NCBI GenBank assembly: GCA_017499595.2
Contig: CM039008.1
Location: 2,418,001 to 2,482,000 of the forward strand
Reading direction: 5' to 3'
Length of the DNA stretch: 64,000 nt
From: Psilocybe cubensis
Lineage: Eukaryota
A model generated the notes under the pieces. That model was not told where the DNA came from. It saw only the letters and a program-made list of their open reading frames with translations, and searched no databases. Positions within the stretch are counted from its first letter, which is position 1; each line of letters opens with the position of its first letter. Position numbers and translations under genes: made by a program. Below, piece after piece: positions 26,110 to 38,379 of this stretch.

Positions 26110-27338
26110 TGCATCGCCAAAACCGCCAAAACCTTGCCAGATAATATATTGTTAGTAAAGGCAGCTAAGGACACTAAGGCCGCTAAGATAATAAATAGCC
26201 TTACTTGTAAGCACTTACAAGTAAGGACATGTTATGATTAGTATTTTTGGTAATCCTTAGTAGATTCGGACATCCTTAGTTGCCCTTAGTAGACCTTGGA
26301 AGGCAGGGCAAAAATTATTTAACATTTTGAAGAAGCTTCCTCTTTGACTGGTTTCCTGATTTGCTCTTCGATTTCTTCGGACATTGATTAATAAAATAGC
26401 AATAAAAATATATATTTTGAATCAACGGTAGCATTACAAATATAATTTATTTACAACAACCGAATATTGGTCACACTGACTGAGAGGTGACATTATGAAA
26501 TCACGTACAAACATACACCAAACACGGGTTCAGGATGGCCGAGGTCGTTGTCAGAGTAAGTGAAAGCCAGTGAGATCTTCCGACTCGTGTTGGGGTGAGG
26601 TACTCTAAAACCTAGAACTGACAATGGACTCGTCACCAATAACATCAGTGATTCTTGAAGCTTGAAGGTTTGTTTGAAAAGAAACTTACTATTTCTGTGC
26701 CAGCATTAGAAAGTCAAAGGCAAGAGCAGGTGGGAGTAAGTGGAAAGGAGTTGATTGAGTGCTTGAAATTCGTGCGAGCGTCTTTAAAGTCAACGTCCCC
26801 AATTTCAGGGACCCCAATGTCTGACTTTGGTATCATGTGATCACTGACAGACTTCATCTTGAGGAGCGACCAATTTTGTATTTTTAATGTGTGACGATGC
26901 TGTAAAAAGTTGCTTCGACAATGCAAGCTTATTCTAAATATTTGATGGTCAATGAATTGTCCACAAATTTCTTGATCACTCTACAACACTTGTCTAAATG
27001 TTTGTTCGCTTTTTAATTTTCAAGTAAGGCTTGATAAACAAGAAAATTTTACACTAATGCTTTGGGTCTGAATGCATGACAAGACATATAATAGTCATAG
27101 AAAAGAAAGCAAAGCATATAATTCTTTTACACCATATGTATGATCAATTTTTTACCATTAATTCAAATGAGAATTAATATTAAAATGGCACTCAAAGGTC
27201 AACAAATGATTGGCTGACCTTTCAAAGGCAATCCAAGGTCAATGAATATTTTGATTGGCTAGGTTAGGTCACCTAATTCCGGACTTACCTTAAAAGGACA
27301 CAAAGGCAATGCTTGTTTTTGGCGGTTTTCGCAATGTG
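26110..27338. mobile_element. Older degenerate TIR element
   Basis: TGCATCGCCAAAACCGCCAAAA (26110-26131) versus TTTTGGCGGTTTTCGCAATGTG (27317-27338); 13-bp perfect core; subterminal TAAGG/AAGGTCAA-type repeats; AT-rich interior. Confidence 0.55.
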
Positions 27339-28042
27339 GTTGACACTCCGAAATCTCACACGCCTTTTCTGTTTATGCACTTTTCACGTCGCTTTTTCAT
27401 TGAAGGAAAAGCAAAATAATCTTAAAAGCTTTATTATAAATAATATCAATGCCAATTTCTGTGCAAAGGAGGGTTTGAAACTGAATTGACGGTGCGATTG
27501 AACCTAATCAAACCGGCTGGATTGATGACATTGTCCCTACATATACATAGAGTCCCTCCCCAGCATTATCAATTATCTTGGCAAGAGGTGGTTTTCTACA
27601 CTTTGTGATGCCTCTGTTTTACTTAATAATTTGGCTTGTCTGTTGTTTTCCTATACCTTTTAGGGTGGGTTCCATTCGGTCCTGGCTGTGAGTGTTGCCA
27701 TTCTTGCCACTGTGATGATGTTTATTTTGATAGTTGCTTGATTTTAAGTATGTTACTCAATATACTGCAGGTGTTATTTCTATAACGCTACGGATTTCTG
27801 ATGTGTGTAGAAACTGCGAACAATATGACTCATAATATTAAGTCTCAGTCTCCGCCGTAGGCCGCTGGACAGCGCTTAGGCTATGTCATCGTTGCCATAT
27901 TACCTTGTTTGACATATTTTTGATGACATTCAAGATACCTTAAGAAAGGGTCGCGGATTACAACGAACCACTTTCTACCTGATTTCAACCATAGCCTTCT
28001 ACAACAAATCACTAGATTCCCGTTCCCTTCTCTAGGAACCAA

Positions 28043-29772
28043 ATGTATGAGGATCAGGCAAATACGTCTTTCTTTTCTGAAAACAGCGTCCACCAACAAA
28101 GGCTAGTGAGTTATGTTGCAGGTGAGTCGCAAGGCTAAGACCTATTACAATTAGGCTGTGATCTGAGCTTTGCATAGTTGGACTGGCTGTGGGCGCGTTG
28201 TATGATCACTGTAAGCATCGTGCATGACCCGTTAATCACCCACTCACTGGCGTTTCTTGTTGTGTGTATAGGTATCACTCTTAACGAAGAGGTAAAATGA
28301 TTCAACCTGACCTTGCTGAGATACGTTTCATATCAATGGTCATACACCCTTTCTAGATACAAATTATATGGGTAGAAATTACCGCCTTTATTCGGACTAA
28401 GACGCTGACTTCTGTCTGACCAGCGTCGTCCAAAATGGAGGATCGTCCAAGGACTATTTCTTGTTGTAAGTTCTTCAGCGCTCTCATACGTCTGACAATT
28501 AAAAATGCTGTTCAGAACCGATATCTGTGTGATGCACTGCTTATGTAAGGGTCCTCACATTTCTCGCATCACTAGTGGGTTGCATTAACAACTTTGCCGA
28601 TATCCTGTGTCATTGATAGATACGGCGCCATAGGTAAGCAATGATCATCATTTTATGCTCAGGTTACAGCCTGAATATATTTTTCTGAGCTCAGCCCTGA
28701 CTTCAAATGCGGAGGCCACGGAAACTAAAGTATGTTTTCGAAGTCTGAACTTGGTGTTGTGTCCAACTAAACTCCTGATCAACAGAAGTGTGTGTTTTAC
28801 CCCTAAATTAACTTCAAATTTCATTAACATGAGGCTATCATAGATGTCTGTCTGGCTAGAGATTTTCTCAATGTCAAAGTATTGATATTTTGGTAATACA
28901 GGCCAATATCCATTTCTTGCATTAGCGTGGACAACTCTGATTGCTTTCTGGTGTATGCAGGGTAAGTAGTTTGCATGAAAACGATTAAGATGCATCTTCC
29001 ACTGATCAGTGGAACCTTTAGGGATAGTTGTTTTTCGGATATCAAGCATGTTCCATCACTCTCGGGCAATAATTTTTGCCCTTTTAATTGCTTTCTTCAC
29101 TGAAGTTATATCGACGACTGTGATACAGGCAGTCTCAACTCCATCGGCATATACACCAGGTGAGCCTGTAACGTCTCTTGTAATGCTACCGTTACTCTAA
29201 GTAATCTACTAGACTCTCCTTTGTTCCCAGTATGCTCACCTCCTCCAACCAGCTCCTGGTCAAATGCCTTCTGGATAGTAGTCATGGTCTACGAGGTATT
29301 CCTTCTTGGGCTGTCAATATTTAAAGCAGCCCAAACCTACTGGGAAGTGATTGCTCTCAAGGAGCATGCATTAACAGAAAACGCTTCCATTATGTATATC
29401 TTACTACGGGATAGTATTCTCTTTCCATTTGCGTAAGCTTTTAGAGTTACCTTTATGTGTTTCAATTGACAGAAGATAATTGCAGAGCTGTAGCCGTCTG
29501 CGCTGCAAACCTTGCTGGAAGCGTGTATAATTCGGTGACCCGTTTCTATTGGCACGCTTTCCGTTGTTACTAACAATTATTATTAGTTCTTTCTTGCTCA
29601 AGCAAGTGTATCCCTAGCCGGGTTTGCTACCCACATTGTCGGGTCGCGTCTCATTCTTAATTTGCGTGAGGCATATTATCGACCGTTTGACGATGAATAC
29701 AGCCAGTCAAACACACTTCCCATCGGATTTACTCGTGGGATACAACAGACAAGTAGTATATCACACTCATAG
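28043..29772 (+). CDS. DUF6533-type multi-pass membrane protein, paralogue 2
   Basis: Same exon architecture as 22004..23814: LYDH-CITLNEE-IQIIW-RRPKWRIVQGLFLV-NRY...IVVFRISSMF...YILLRDS...GSRLILNLRE; stop TAG 29770-29772. Confidence 0.82.
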
Positions 29773-30235
29773 ACCTTCTCTACCACTTCGATGTAACTGT
29801 TAAAGATAAATCGACTCCAGCCAGGTCATTGGGTTTTGGTTCATCTTCCCTTTGCAAGCTGGCGGCTTTGGGATACATACATCTCATTCACATCGTAACG
29901 GAGATTAAAAGGAGCATTATCACGTACAACCATAGGGAGCAAAAATTACTGCCATGTTTACGAACGTGTTGAATGGAAGTTTGCACCACATGAGATACTT
30001 CGGGGATACTTTATCCCTTCACTCCTAACCCCTGTTTCCCTTAATGAGCCCCTAATCGCGTTCATCCATAAATAGATTTGAGGCCCCATAGTATCAGCAG
30101 CGTCGTTTTGTACAGCCCAATTGTGTAGACAACGATATTATGCGTCTTAACAGGGTATCTAATGGTCTCCAAGTTAAATCATATTATATCTAACCTCTAC
30201 ATTTAGAGAAAGAAGGATTGTCCTCATTTCTACGT

Positions 30236-31601
30236 CTAAGATTGACCGCCATTGGAAACTGTGATAGCCTGTGGATTCTCCTTGAGAAATTCCGCCGAGA
30301 ATGGGTAATCGGTGTATCCTTTAGGGTCCGTCTTCCCCTGTGAATAATAGGTGCTCCGGTCGCCTTTCTGTATTTCTAATGCATTCTTCAATCTGAACGG
30401 TAGGTCAGGCTGAAAAAGACATGTTCGGCCGTCTTCAGCTCAGATGTCACACCTTTCAAGGTAAAAAAACTTACGTTGGAAATGTAGTGCCTACCAAACG
30501 CCACGAGATCACCTTTTTGCTCTGCTGTCTTGAGGCCTGTCTCGAGCGTGTACCCTCCAGCGGTGATGAACCGCCTCTTTCCGTCAGATGACCATATCTT
30601 GCGAATGAAGTCATTCTCTGCGCCTTCACTCTTGTACTCGGCGGTAGAAGCTATCGCTTGGGCCTGATCGGCGTTGATCAGGCGCTTCTCTACGGCGTGG
30701 ATGTACGCTAAATCCGGGTGCTTCTCAACAATCTGGCTGATGAGGTACGAGAAGGTCGGTACGGGATCTTTCATGCCCATATCTAGTCAAAAAAGGTACG
30801 ATGGCCAGTTGGTCAGTGACGTTCAGGGGGTTTATGGAAGAATGCTAAAGATCTAGCACGGTACCGCATACCTGAGTATGGATTCCAGGGGCTCAACCGC
30901 AACGCGGTTTTCGTCGCGCCAATGCGCTTCACGACCGCATCAATCACCTCCAGAGCAAAACGCGCACGATTCTCCTCGCTCCCGCCGTACTTGTCCGTGC
31001 GCTGGTTGGTCACATCCTGGAGAAACTGGTCGATGAGGTATCCATTGGCCCCGTGAATTTCCACGCCGTCAAATCCTGCGAGTTTAACCGCGTTTTCAGC
31101 GGCCTGTGCATAGAGCTCTGTGTATTCTGTGATCTCGCTCTCTGTCAGGGGACGTGGCAGCGGGTCAGTCGCTGGACGCGTGGAAAGTGGGATAGCGGAC
31201 GCTGATACGTATGGAGAAGGCGCATCGGGGGATGTCCCTAGTTCATCTTGGAGGGTCTTTGGCGATGCAGTCCTCCCAAGAGCCCAGAGCTGGAGATATA
31301 TATATGACCCTTTGGCATGGACGGCGTCCGTCACCTTTTTCCAGGCTTTGATCTGATCCTCGCTCCAAATTCCAGGGACGTAGGGGTATCCTCCAGCTTT
31401 TGGTGCGATAAATGTTGCCTCTGTGATGAGCAGTGTCCCAGCTATGCTCGCGCGCTGTGCATAGTATTCTGCAACTAGGTCGGGTAGAGGGACGTGCTTA
31501 TCGTCGGCGCGGAAACGCGTCAGGGGTGCGAGCACAACGCGATGAGAGAGGTCCAAGTCTCCAACTCGGATAGGCTGGAAGAGCGCAGGTAGGGTTGACA
31601 T
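30236..31601 (-). CDS. Old Yellow Enzyme (NADH:flavin oxidoreductase), copy 1, two introns
   Basis: [57 protein letters not shown]. Confidence 0.95.
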
Positions 31602-32525
31602 GTATAGAATTATTTCACTGTAGTGCGGATATCTAGGATCAAGAGTTCAAGTTGTTAGGTGCGGAATAGCAAATGAGAATGAGAACAAGCAAACTTGAAC
31701 AATATTCTCGTCGTCTTTTATATTTTATCGCCATAGTGAGCACGTCAGAGCACGTTAGATTATAATTATAAACCACGGATTGTTCGCAAGTCGGGATTCG
31801 GCGACGTGGACATGGATTTAGAAAGATAAGTTGATCTTGATTACAAACCACCGCCTACACAAACGTGGCGGCGTGGTGGCGGTGAAAAGATGAAGCGAAA
31901 TGTCGGGGATTTGTTGTGGTCGATTTCTAGTCTTCCGATTTTTATCTATAGCTATATTCCAAGCTTGAGGCACTCAAGCATTTGATATCAAACATCAGTA
32001 TGTGAATCATATAGGGTGAGTTATTTATAGGATGCTGGACAACTGGTCCAGCATCCTTGAACCCAAAAAGCAATAGACAATAACAGCTCCGTAAGCGCCC
32101 AGATGCTCACCTAATGCTACAAACCAAGTATTGTGCATCCACATAAAGAAACAACAGGATGCGATAGTATTAAGACAGATGTATAATGTAAGTCGTTATG
32201 TAGTTGAAACAAGAATCCTAGTCGAGTAGTCCTATTATGTAGGCCCTGATCATGAAGAAACATTACACAACATGGTGGGTTGGACAAAAAGAAGTAAGGG
32301 CGGGCATCATCATCATCAAGTAATATCATACAAAATCCTGTACATTGCCGATAAGAAGTGGGCGAAACTTCGTAGTGTTGATTGAGAATGGTACATCCTT
32401 ATGGATCGCAGACGCAAGAGATAGAAGAGTAAACCGATCCCACAGGGAAGAAGAAAAGTGTTGAAAATGAGATAGTGATGTTAAGCGGGAAGAAAATCTG
32501 CGGGTGGTTGGCAATGAATGAATGA

Positions 32526-34339
32526 TCAACGCTTCCTTTTGCCACCAACGGTGCCGTCGACATCGACAGGGTCTCCATTTGCATCTACCACACCAATGCT
32601 CATGCCCACCTCGCCCACATCCACGAGCATCTCGTCGGCTTCGTCTGCCAAATCGAGCAGTGGAGATGCCCTATCGCCACCGCCTGCTGACGTGCTCCCA
32701 CCAGCGCCACCGCCCCTCCTCGCCGCACGAATCCTGGACATGATCCGCAGTCCTGAGCCATCGCCTTCCACCTCGGTCTCAGCACCAGCTTCGGCTCCTG
32801 TGCCACGCACCCCTAAGCCAGAGTTTGAGCGAGATGCGGGCGAATTGTCGTCCAGTAGATCTTGCTCCTGCACATGTTCATACTCCCGTTCGCGGTCGGA
32901 TTGCGGCGGAGACTCGTTTCCGACGTCGGGGTCTTCTGCAGGGTCTTTGCCCTCAGCTATAGCGGCTGCTATGATGGCTTCCTCGGCGTCAGCCTCCTCC
33001 TCGTACTCGATCTCTACTTCAACATCCTCCTCAAGGTCGGCGAATGTCCTGCATAGGGGACAGGAGAAGGCTGGGTGGTGCGATTCAAGCAGAGGGCGGA
33101 TGCATTTGTAGTGGAATGTATGTGAGCAGGGTGCGATAAAAAGAGCCTGCCGAATCGTAACCCCGAACAAGCCTGTACAGATGGTTTAGCGAGTTGTTGG
33201 ACTATACGTAATTTTTAAAACATACAGATGCAACAGTCTGGTATTTGGGATTTCCCAGCCACCGGGAGCTTCACAGTGGCGGTGGCTGCCTTCTTGCCAG
33301 ATGGTTCAGGCAAGGCAAGAGATTTGAGGTTCTTGAGTGCATTGGTGCTAAAAGAATAAACAATAATGAGACCAAAGAAACAGAGAGAGCAAAAGACTCA
33401 CTTGAAGGCGTTTGGAGCAGATTGCCATTCCCTACCGAGCTCAACACGAATCTTAACGCTCTTGTAGATATCCTCTGCGCCTCCTTGATAGTCAACACCG
33501 AGTTGAAGAATGTCGCCATCTTTGATCTGGAATGGTCTTGATTCTGTGTTCGCAGGGCTCAACCGAACATGGTTCAGGAACGTCCCCGAGCTGCTTTTGG
33601 TGTCTTTGAGGAAGAACTTCCCCCCATTCTCCACCCAGATCTCAGCATGCGCCCGAGACACCACCTTGCTTCGAAAAGCTAGTTTGTTGGAGCCCAGAGC
33701 ATTGACTGCGGCCAGCCCTAGCCCTGAGCGATCAGTGAACCGCCCGATGCGCAACGCCGGGTCACCCTCCTTGAGATCGCGAGAGATGGCATCGAATCTT
33801 AGTGACCGCCGAGTGTCGAGGTGAGGCACAAGACGAATTCTGTGCGAGGCGTGAGAAGGGCCTCCAGAGGCGGCTGGTGTGGCATTCGTATTCTGCTGGG
33901 TGATTGGAGTGGTTGCGTAGGACGCCTGTGGTGGAGTTCTGCCGGGGAAGTTGCTCATCCCCAGGGCCGCCGCCGCGGTGGCTGAGGTGGTTATCACTGG
34001 AGGAGTGGCTGGCGCATTCTGGGCGACGTTGCCCGCTGATCGACGTCTTCTGAGCATGGATGTAATGCCTAAACCCGAGTTTGAAGCGCTGTTGTTGGAA
34101 GTTTGGCCCGCTAAAGAAGCGACTCCGGTGACAATGGTCCTTCTCCTGGCGCTTAAGGCGTTTGGGGACGGTGGTTGTGGGGGAGTAGGTGAAAGGTCCC
34201 TCTGGGGCAAGTTGATGTCGGTGTTAACCTGGATATGTGACTGTGAGGAATTTCTGGGGCGCGAGGTGCGTAAGAATGAACCCAAAATGTTAGTTCGTGT
34301 CGGTGGCGATTCGTTCCCGGTCTGTATACGACCGTCCAT
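32526..34339 (-). CDS. DMA1: FHA + RING-H2 E3 ubiquitin ligase, Dma1-like
   Basis: FHA motifs RIGRF..SKVVSRAHAE..SSSGTFLN; spliced RING CCIC..PCSHTFHYKC..CPLCR. Confidence 0.88.
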
Positions 34340-34904
34340 TCAGGCCGTTCGTCGTCGTCGATGGCGAAAGCTCTGGTCAAGAGCCGTTGATGTAGATCAA
34401 GGACCGAAAATGCCGCTGGGTCCCAATTCTGGCAGCCTCAGGGGGTGTTTTCAAGCTCTATAACACAACCTTTCCTTGTTCCGATCCCTGTGCTTTCTGA
34501 ACGTCCTGGTCCCAACTAACTAGATCCCTGGTTCTGGCTGCAGTTTGTACACTGGAAAATCGAGAAAAAAAGCAAAATCAACACGACCGTGTGTTTGAAA
34601 TTTTATCGGCCCAGCCCATGGCTTGTCCTTCAGTTTCTCCTTTTTTCCAGCCAGTGGCAGCTCTCATCAAAGCCCTGTCAAAAGGCCATTCATTTGTTGC
34701 TAATAAAACTCTCTGTGGAACAATCCGAGTCTCCCAACTATACGTATGCCATGCATAGTACGCCTTGCGGACGAATCATATACTCGGGCAGAACCCAAGG
34801 AATTGCTGTCTGGACCGCCGTGTGCAGCTGTCCTCGTCAGCTGCATTCTTCATCATGATCATATCCGTTGCGCACATCCGAGATTTCAACAACCTTGCTG
34901 CCAC

Positions 34905-35728
34905 TAGCCTGCTCTGACATCTTTCATATGATCCTCATCAGTCTTCATCTTGTCATCGAGGCGGATTTGCTTGCAACTTCTAGGGTTAGTGCGGCGACTG
35001 GGCCATTTACGACGTAGGCAATGTGGCTGACGATCTTTGGGCGCCTCTCCAGTCGTATCGGAGCCGTTAAGGTCGGCGACCTGATATACCGCAGCCAGCC
35101 AGCTTGTAAACCACTCCACGCGTAGAAAACCACGCTCAAAATAGCATCGGCGGCTTTTTCATACACGCTTCAACACACAATGACCTCGCACGAGGCGCTG
35201 TCGACTCGCTAAACGTGTACGTATGTATCATTAATATGCAGACGGCAAACACAGGAAAAACTTACGATTTGACCTGACAAGGCACCAAAGATCTCGAGAA
35301 TATTCGCTGCTTGCCAGTCTCGGACTACGCGGTTATCAGTGCTGCTATTTCGCTCATAGTCAGCTGAAACAATTGCCATTTTCGAGGCACGATTCATCAT
35401 TGGCTTCAGGAAGCTTTTTTGAACAAGGCAAACCCAGAGTGATCACAAGGACGAAAATCTTTTGGGGTTGATGATTGAAGAATCAGTTTGCGATATTTAA
35501 GGGCATATATGCGCGGCTGTCTCTGGGCATAGGTGAGTCTGGTCTTCCTTTAAATTGAATCGTTGATATCCCGATTGAAGTCGATGCAGAACCAGGTACC
35601 ATATACATCTTACTCGTATGATATGCGCAGGTTATCGAAAGGATAACAACAAAGTACCTCCGTCGTAACTGCCATTTCATAGCCTCAGCTAGTCGATCTT
35701 CATCATTGACGTTCACAATTGGCGACAT
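34905..35728 (-). pseudogene. Divergent or degenerate Vta1-like (MIT-domain) sequence
   Basis: Fragments CAYH..IGIS, SADYERNS..WQAANILEIF and EKAADAI resemble, in order, the N-terminal motifs of fungal Vta1 as I recall them. No intact spliced model could be built. Confidence 0.35.
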
Positions 35729-36112
35729 CTATGTTCACAAGATCGTCAACGAAATGACAGAAGCTAGCGATATTTATGGCATCTAGAAAGGAAGCACGCA
35801 AAGTCAAAACCAAGACCAATGCGCTTGTATCTGCTACTGCGAGTCAGGGCGCTCACGAGGTGCCTCGTGCGCGGCCAACTTTGAAATTCAAGCGCTATTG
35901 GTGTGGCCGAGTCGGGGAAACCACACTTCATCCCAAATGCAAAATTGGACATGAAGGCACGGCGCGTCTCATCATCTCCGTGATTTCTTAAAGCCACCGG
36001 CTATATCTCCCCCAAAAGAGTTGCCGGGCAAGCAAGCCAGTTGTGCTAACTCTCCTGAACAGCGCTGTGCGCGTCTTCATTATTCAGGTCCCCCCTTCAC
36101 AGACAAACGATC

Positions 36113-37554
36113 ATGTCCGCGAACATCAGCAGCAGCACAGGTAGCAGCACCCCGGCTCTGTTCCAGCCCATCCACCTCGGCCGCCTCGAGCTCGCGCACC
36201 GTGTTGTGATGGCCCCGCTCACGCGGTTCCGCGCCGACAGTGCGCACGTCCCACTGCCTGGCCTCGTCGCAGAGTACTACGCCCAGCGCGCAAGCGTCCC
36301 TGGCACCCTACTCATCTCCGAGGCCACATTCATCGCGCCCCGTGCCGGCGGCTACGCGTACGCACCGGGTATCTGGAGTCAGGAGCAGATCCGCGCTTGG
36401 CAAGAGGTGCGTCCAGGGCTGCATGAATTTAGTATAGTAGCACTTCGGAACGGTTTGCAGGCAGGATTATTGAACGACGGATTTAACAGGTTACCGACGC
36501 GGTGCACAAGAAAGGGTCGTTCATCTACCTCCAGCTGTGGGCGCTTGGCCGTGCAGCGGTACCGCGCCAGCTCGAGAAGGAGCTCAACGTGCGCGCCGAC
36601 CCGTCCTCAGCTTCCTCTCCATACGTCTCCGCTTCCGCCATTCCACTGTCCACGCGCTCGCCCAAGGACCCCGCCCCACGTGCGCTGAGTGTGGCTGAAA
36701 TCGCGGAGTATGTCGAGCTGTACGCGCAGGCAGCTGAGAACGCGGTGGAGAAGGCGGGTTTCGACGGTGTGGAGATACATGGTGCGAATGGGTACCTGAT
36801 CGACCAGTTCTTGCAGGATGTGAGCAATAAACGGACGGACGCGTATGGAGGGAGTATCGAGAATCGTTCGAGGTTCGCGTTGGAGGTGCTGGATGCTGTC
36901 GTGAAGCGCGTCGGGGCGAACAGAACTGGACTGAGGCTCAGCCCATGGAGTCCTCATCAAGGTCCGTCTACCTCAGGAACATTTCCAACACGTTTCGTTT
37001 ATTCATTTTCCTCCAGACATGGGCATGAAAGACCCCATCCCCACATACACTTACCTCCTCAACCAGATTATCCAGCGTCACCCTGACCTCGCCTACATCC
37101 ACACCATCGAGAGGCGGATAAACCCCTTCAAACCAGGCGAAGCCGTCGCGTCCTCCGACGAGTTTGCGGTCGAGGGCACAGACAACGACTTCATGCGGCG
37201 GCTGTGGTCATCCGAGGGCAAGCGGCTCATCACCGCAGGAGGGTACACCCGCGAGACAGGCATCAGGGTTGCAGAGCGCAAGGGGGATCTGATTGCCTAC
37301 GGACGGCTGTTCATTTCGAATGTGAGCGTTGGTTTGGAGAGAGATGTTTTGATGTCGGTGGTTTTACTGACTTGTGGTGTTATACGCAGCCTGACCTGCC
37401 GTACCGGCTGAAGAAGGGTTTGCCGGTGGAGAAAGGCGACCGGGGCACGTATTATTCGAAGGGCAAACTCGACCCAAAGGGATACACCGACTACGCGTTC
37501 TCAGAACAGTTCGAGAGGGAGACACCCCCTGTTAACGTCCGCAGTAGACTTTAA
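36113..37554 (+). CDS. Old Yellow Enzyme, copy 2, three introns, C-terminal SRL (PTS1-like)
   Basis: [38 protein letters not shown]; ends VRSRL-stop. Confidence 0.95.
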
Positions 37555-38379
37555 CGTTTTCTGGGGGCGTGACGATGCTTCATAAGAACAGATGAAGATT
37601 CATGACTGATTAACCAATGTATGAACCAGAACCAAGGGCAATGACCGAAGGAACCATGGATTGGGCGACGTATGCTTTTACGCGAGCTGCCTTTTGCAAG
37701 CAGCAAAATTGCAAACCGGACATTAAAACTATTATATATTCTCTGCTAAACCTACTCGTACTGATTCTCATAAAATAAAGTAGCAGACCTCGAATTCATA
37801 GATTGAATGATTATGCACTTATTCCGTATGTGTTAACTAGGGGGGTCAAATTATCATCGATGAATAGGTTTGATTCTTTGCTCTCCAGGGTGGGTCGGTC
37901 AAAATATTTTGAAACTATCCCTTACATATCCCGTGTACTACTAGTTCACGCACAGTGATAAAAAGGACGCGTGAACAGCGTTAGTGACGATCACCCTCTA
38001 GCCGTCGCGTCACATTAATCATTATCTCTCGCCTTGCTTCACTTACGCCTCTTTAACCCCACACAACGTCAGATAAGTGGCACCAAGTTATGTGCCACGA
38101 GCTGAGGCGAAGAGCAGGAAGAACCATTGGAAGAGCCAGAAGCACAAAACTCGAGGTTCGAGGATCCAAAACGAGAAATTGAAATGAATGAAATTAGGAC
38201 TGTATAAAAGACTTCAGAGAATATAAAAAACAACGCAATTCGTGGGGGAAGTGTGTCTCGGTGCCCACTCCACTCTAACACTATTCAAAATCCTCTGTCT
38301 TCATCGCATGTTACTTTTTTACATCCTCGGGTCATTCCTTCCAGTCTAGTTGACAGTGGGCAGCTCAGGAAAGATGTAT

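Noticed and set aside
32518-34463. Long + strand ORFs overlapping DMA1 (and similar antisense ORFs over NDC1, OYE and the flippase)
   Set aside because: Antisense shadows of real coding exons.
34981-34989. CTAACCCTA on the minus strand as a telomerase RNA template
   Set aside because: A 9-mer is expected by chance in 64 kb, and there is no supporting structure.
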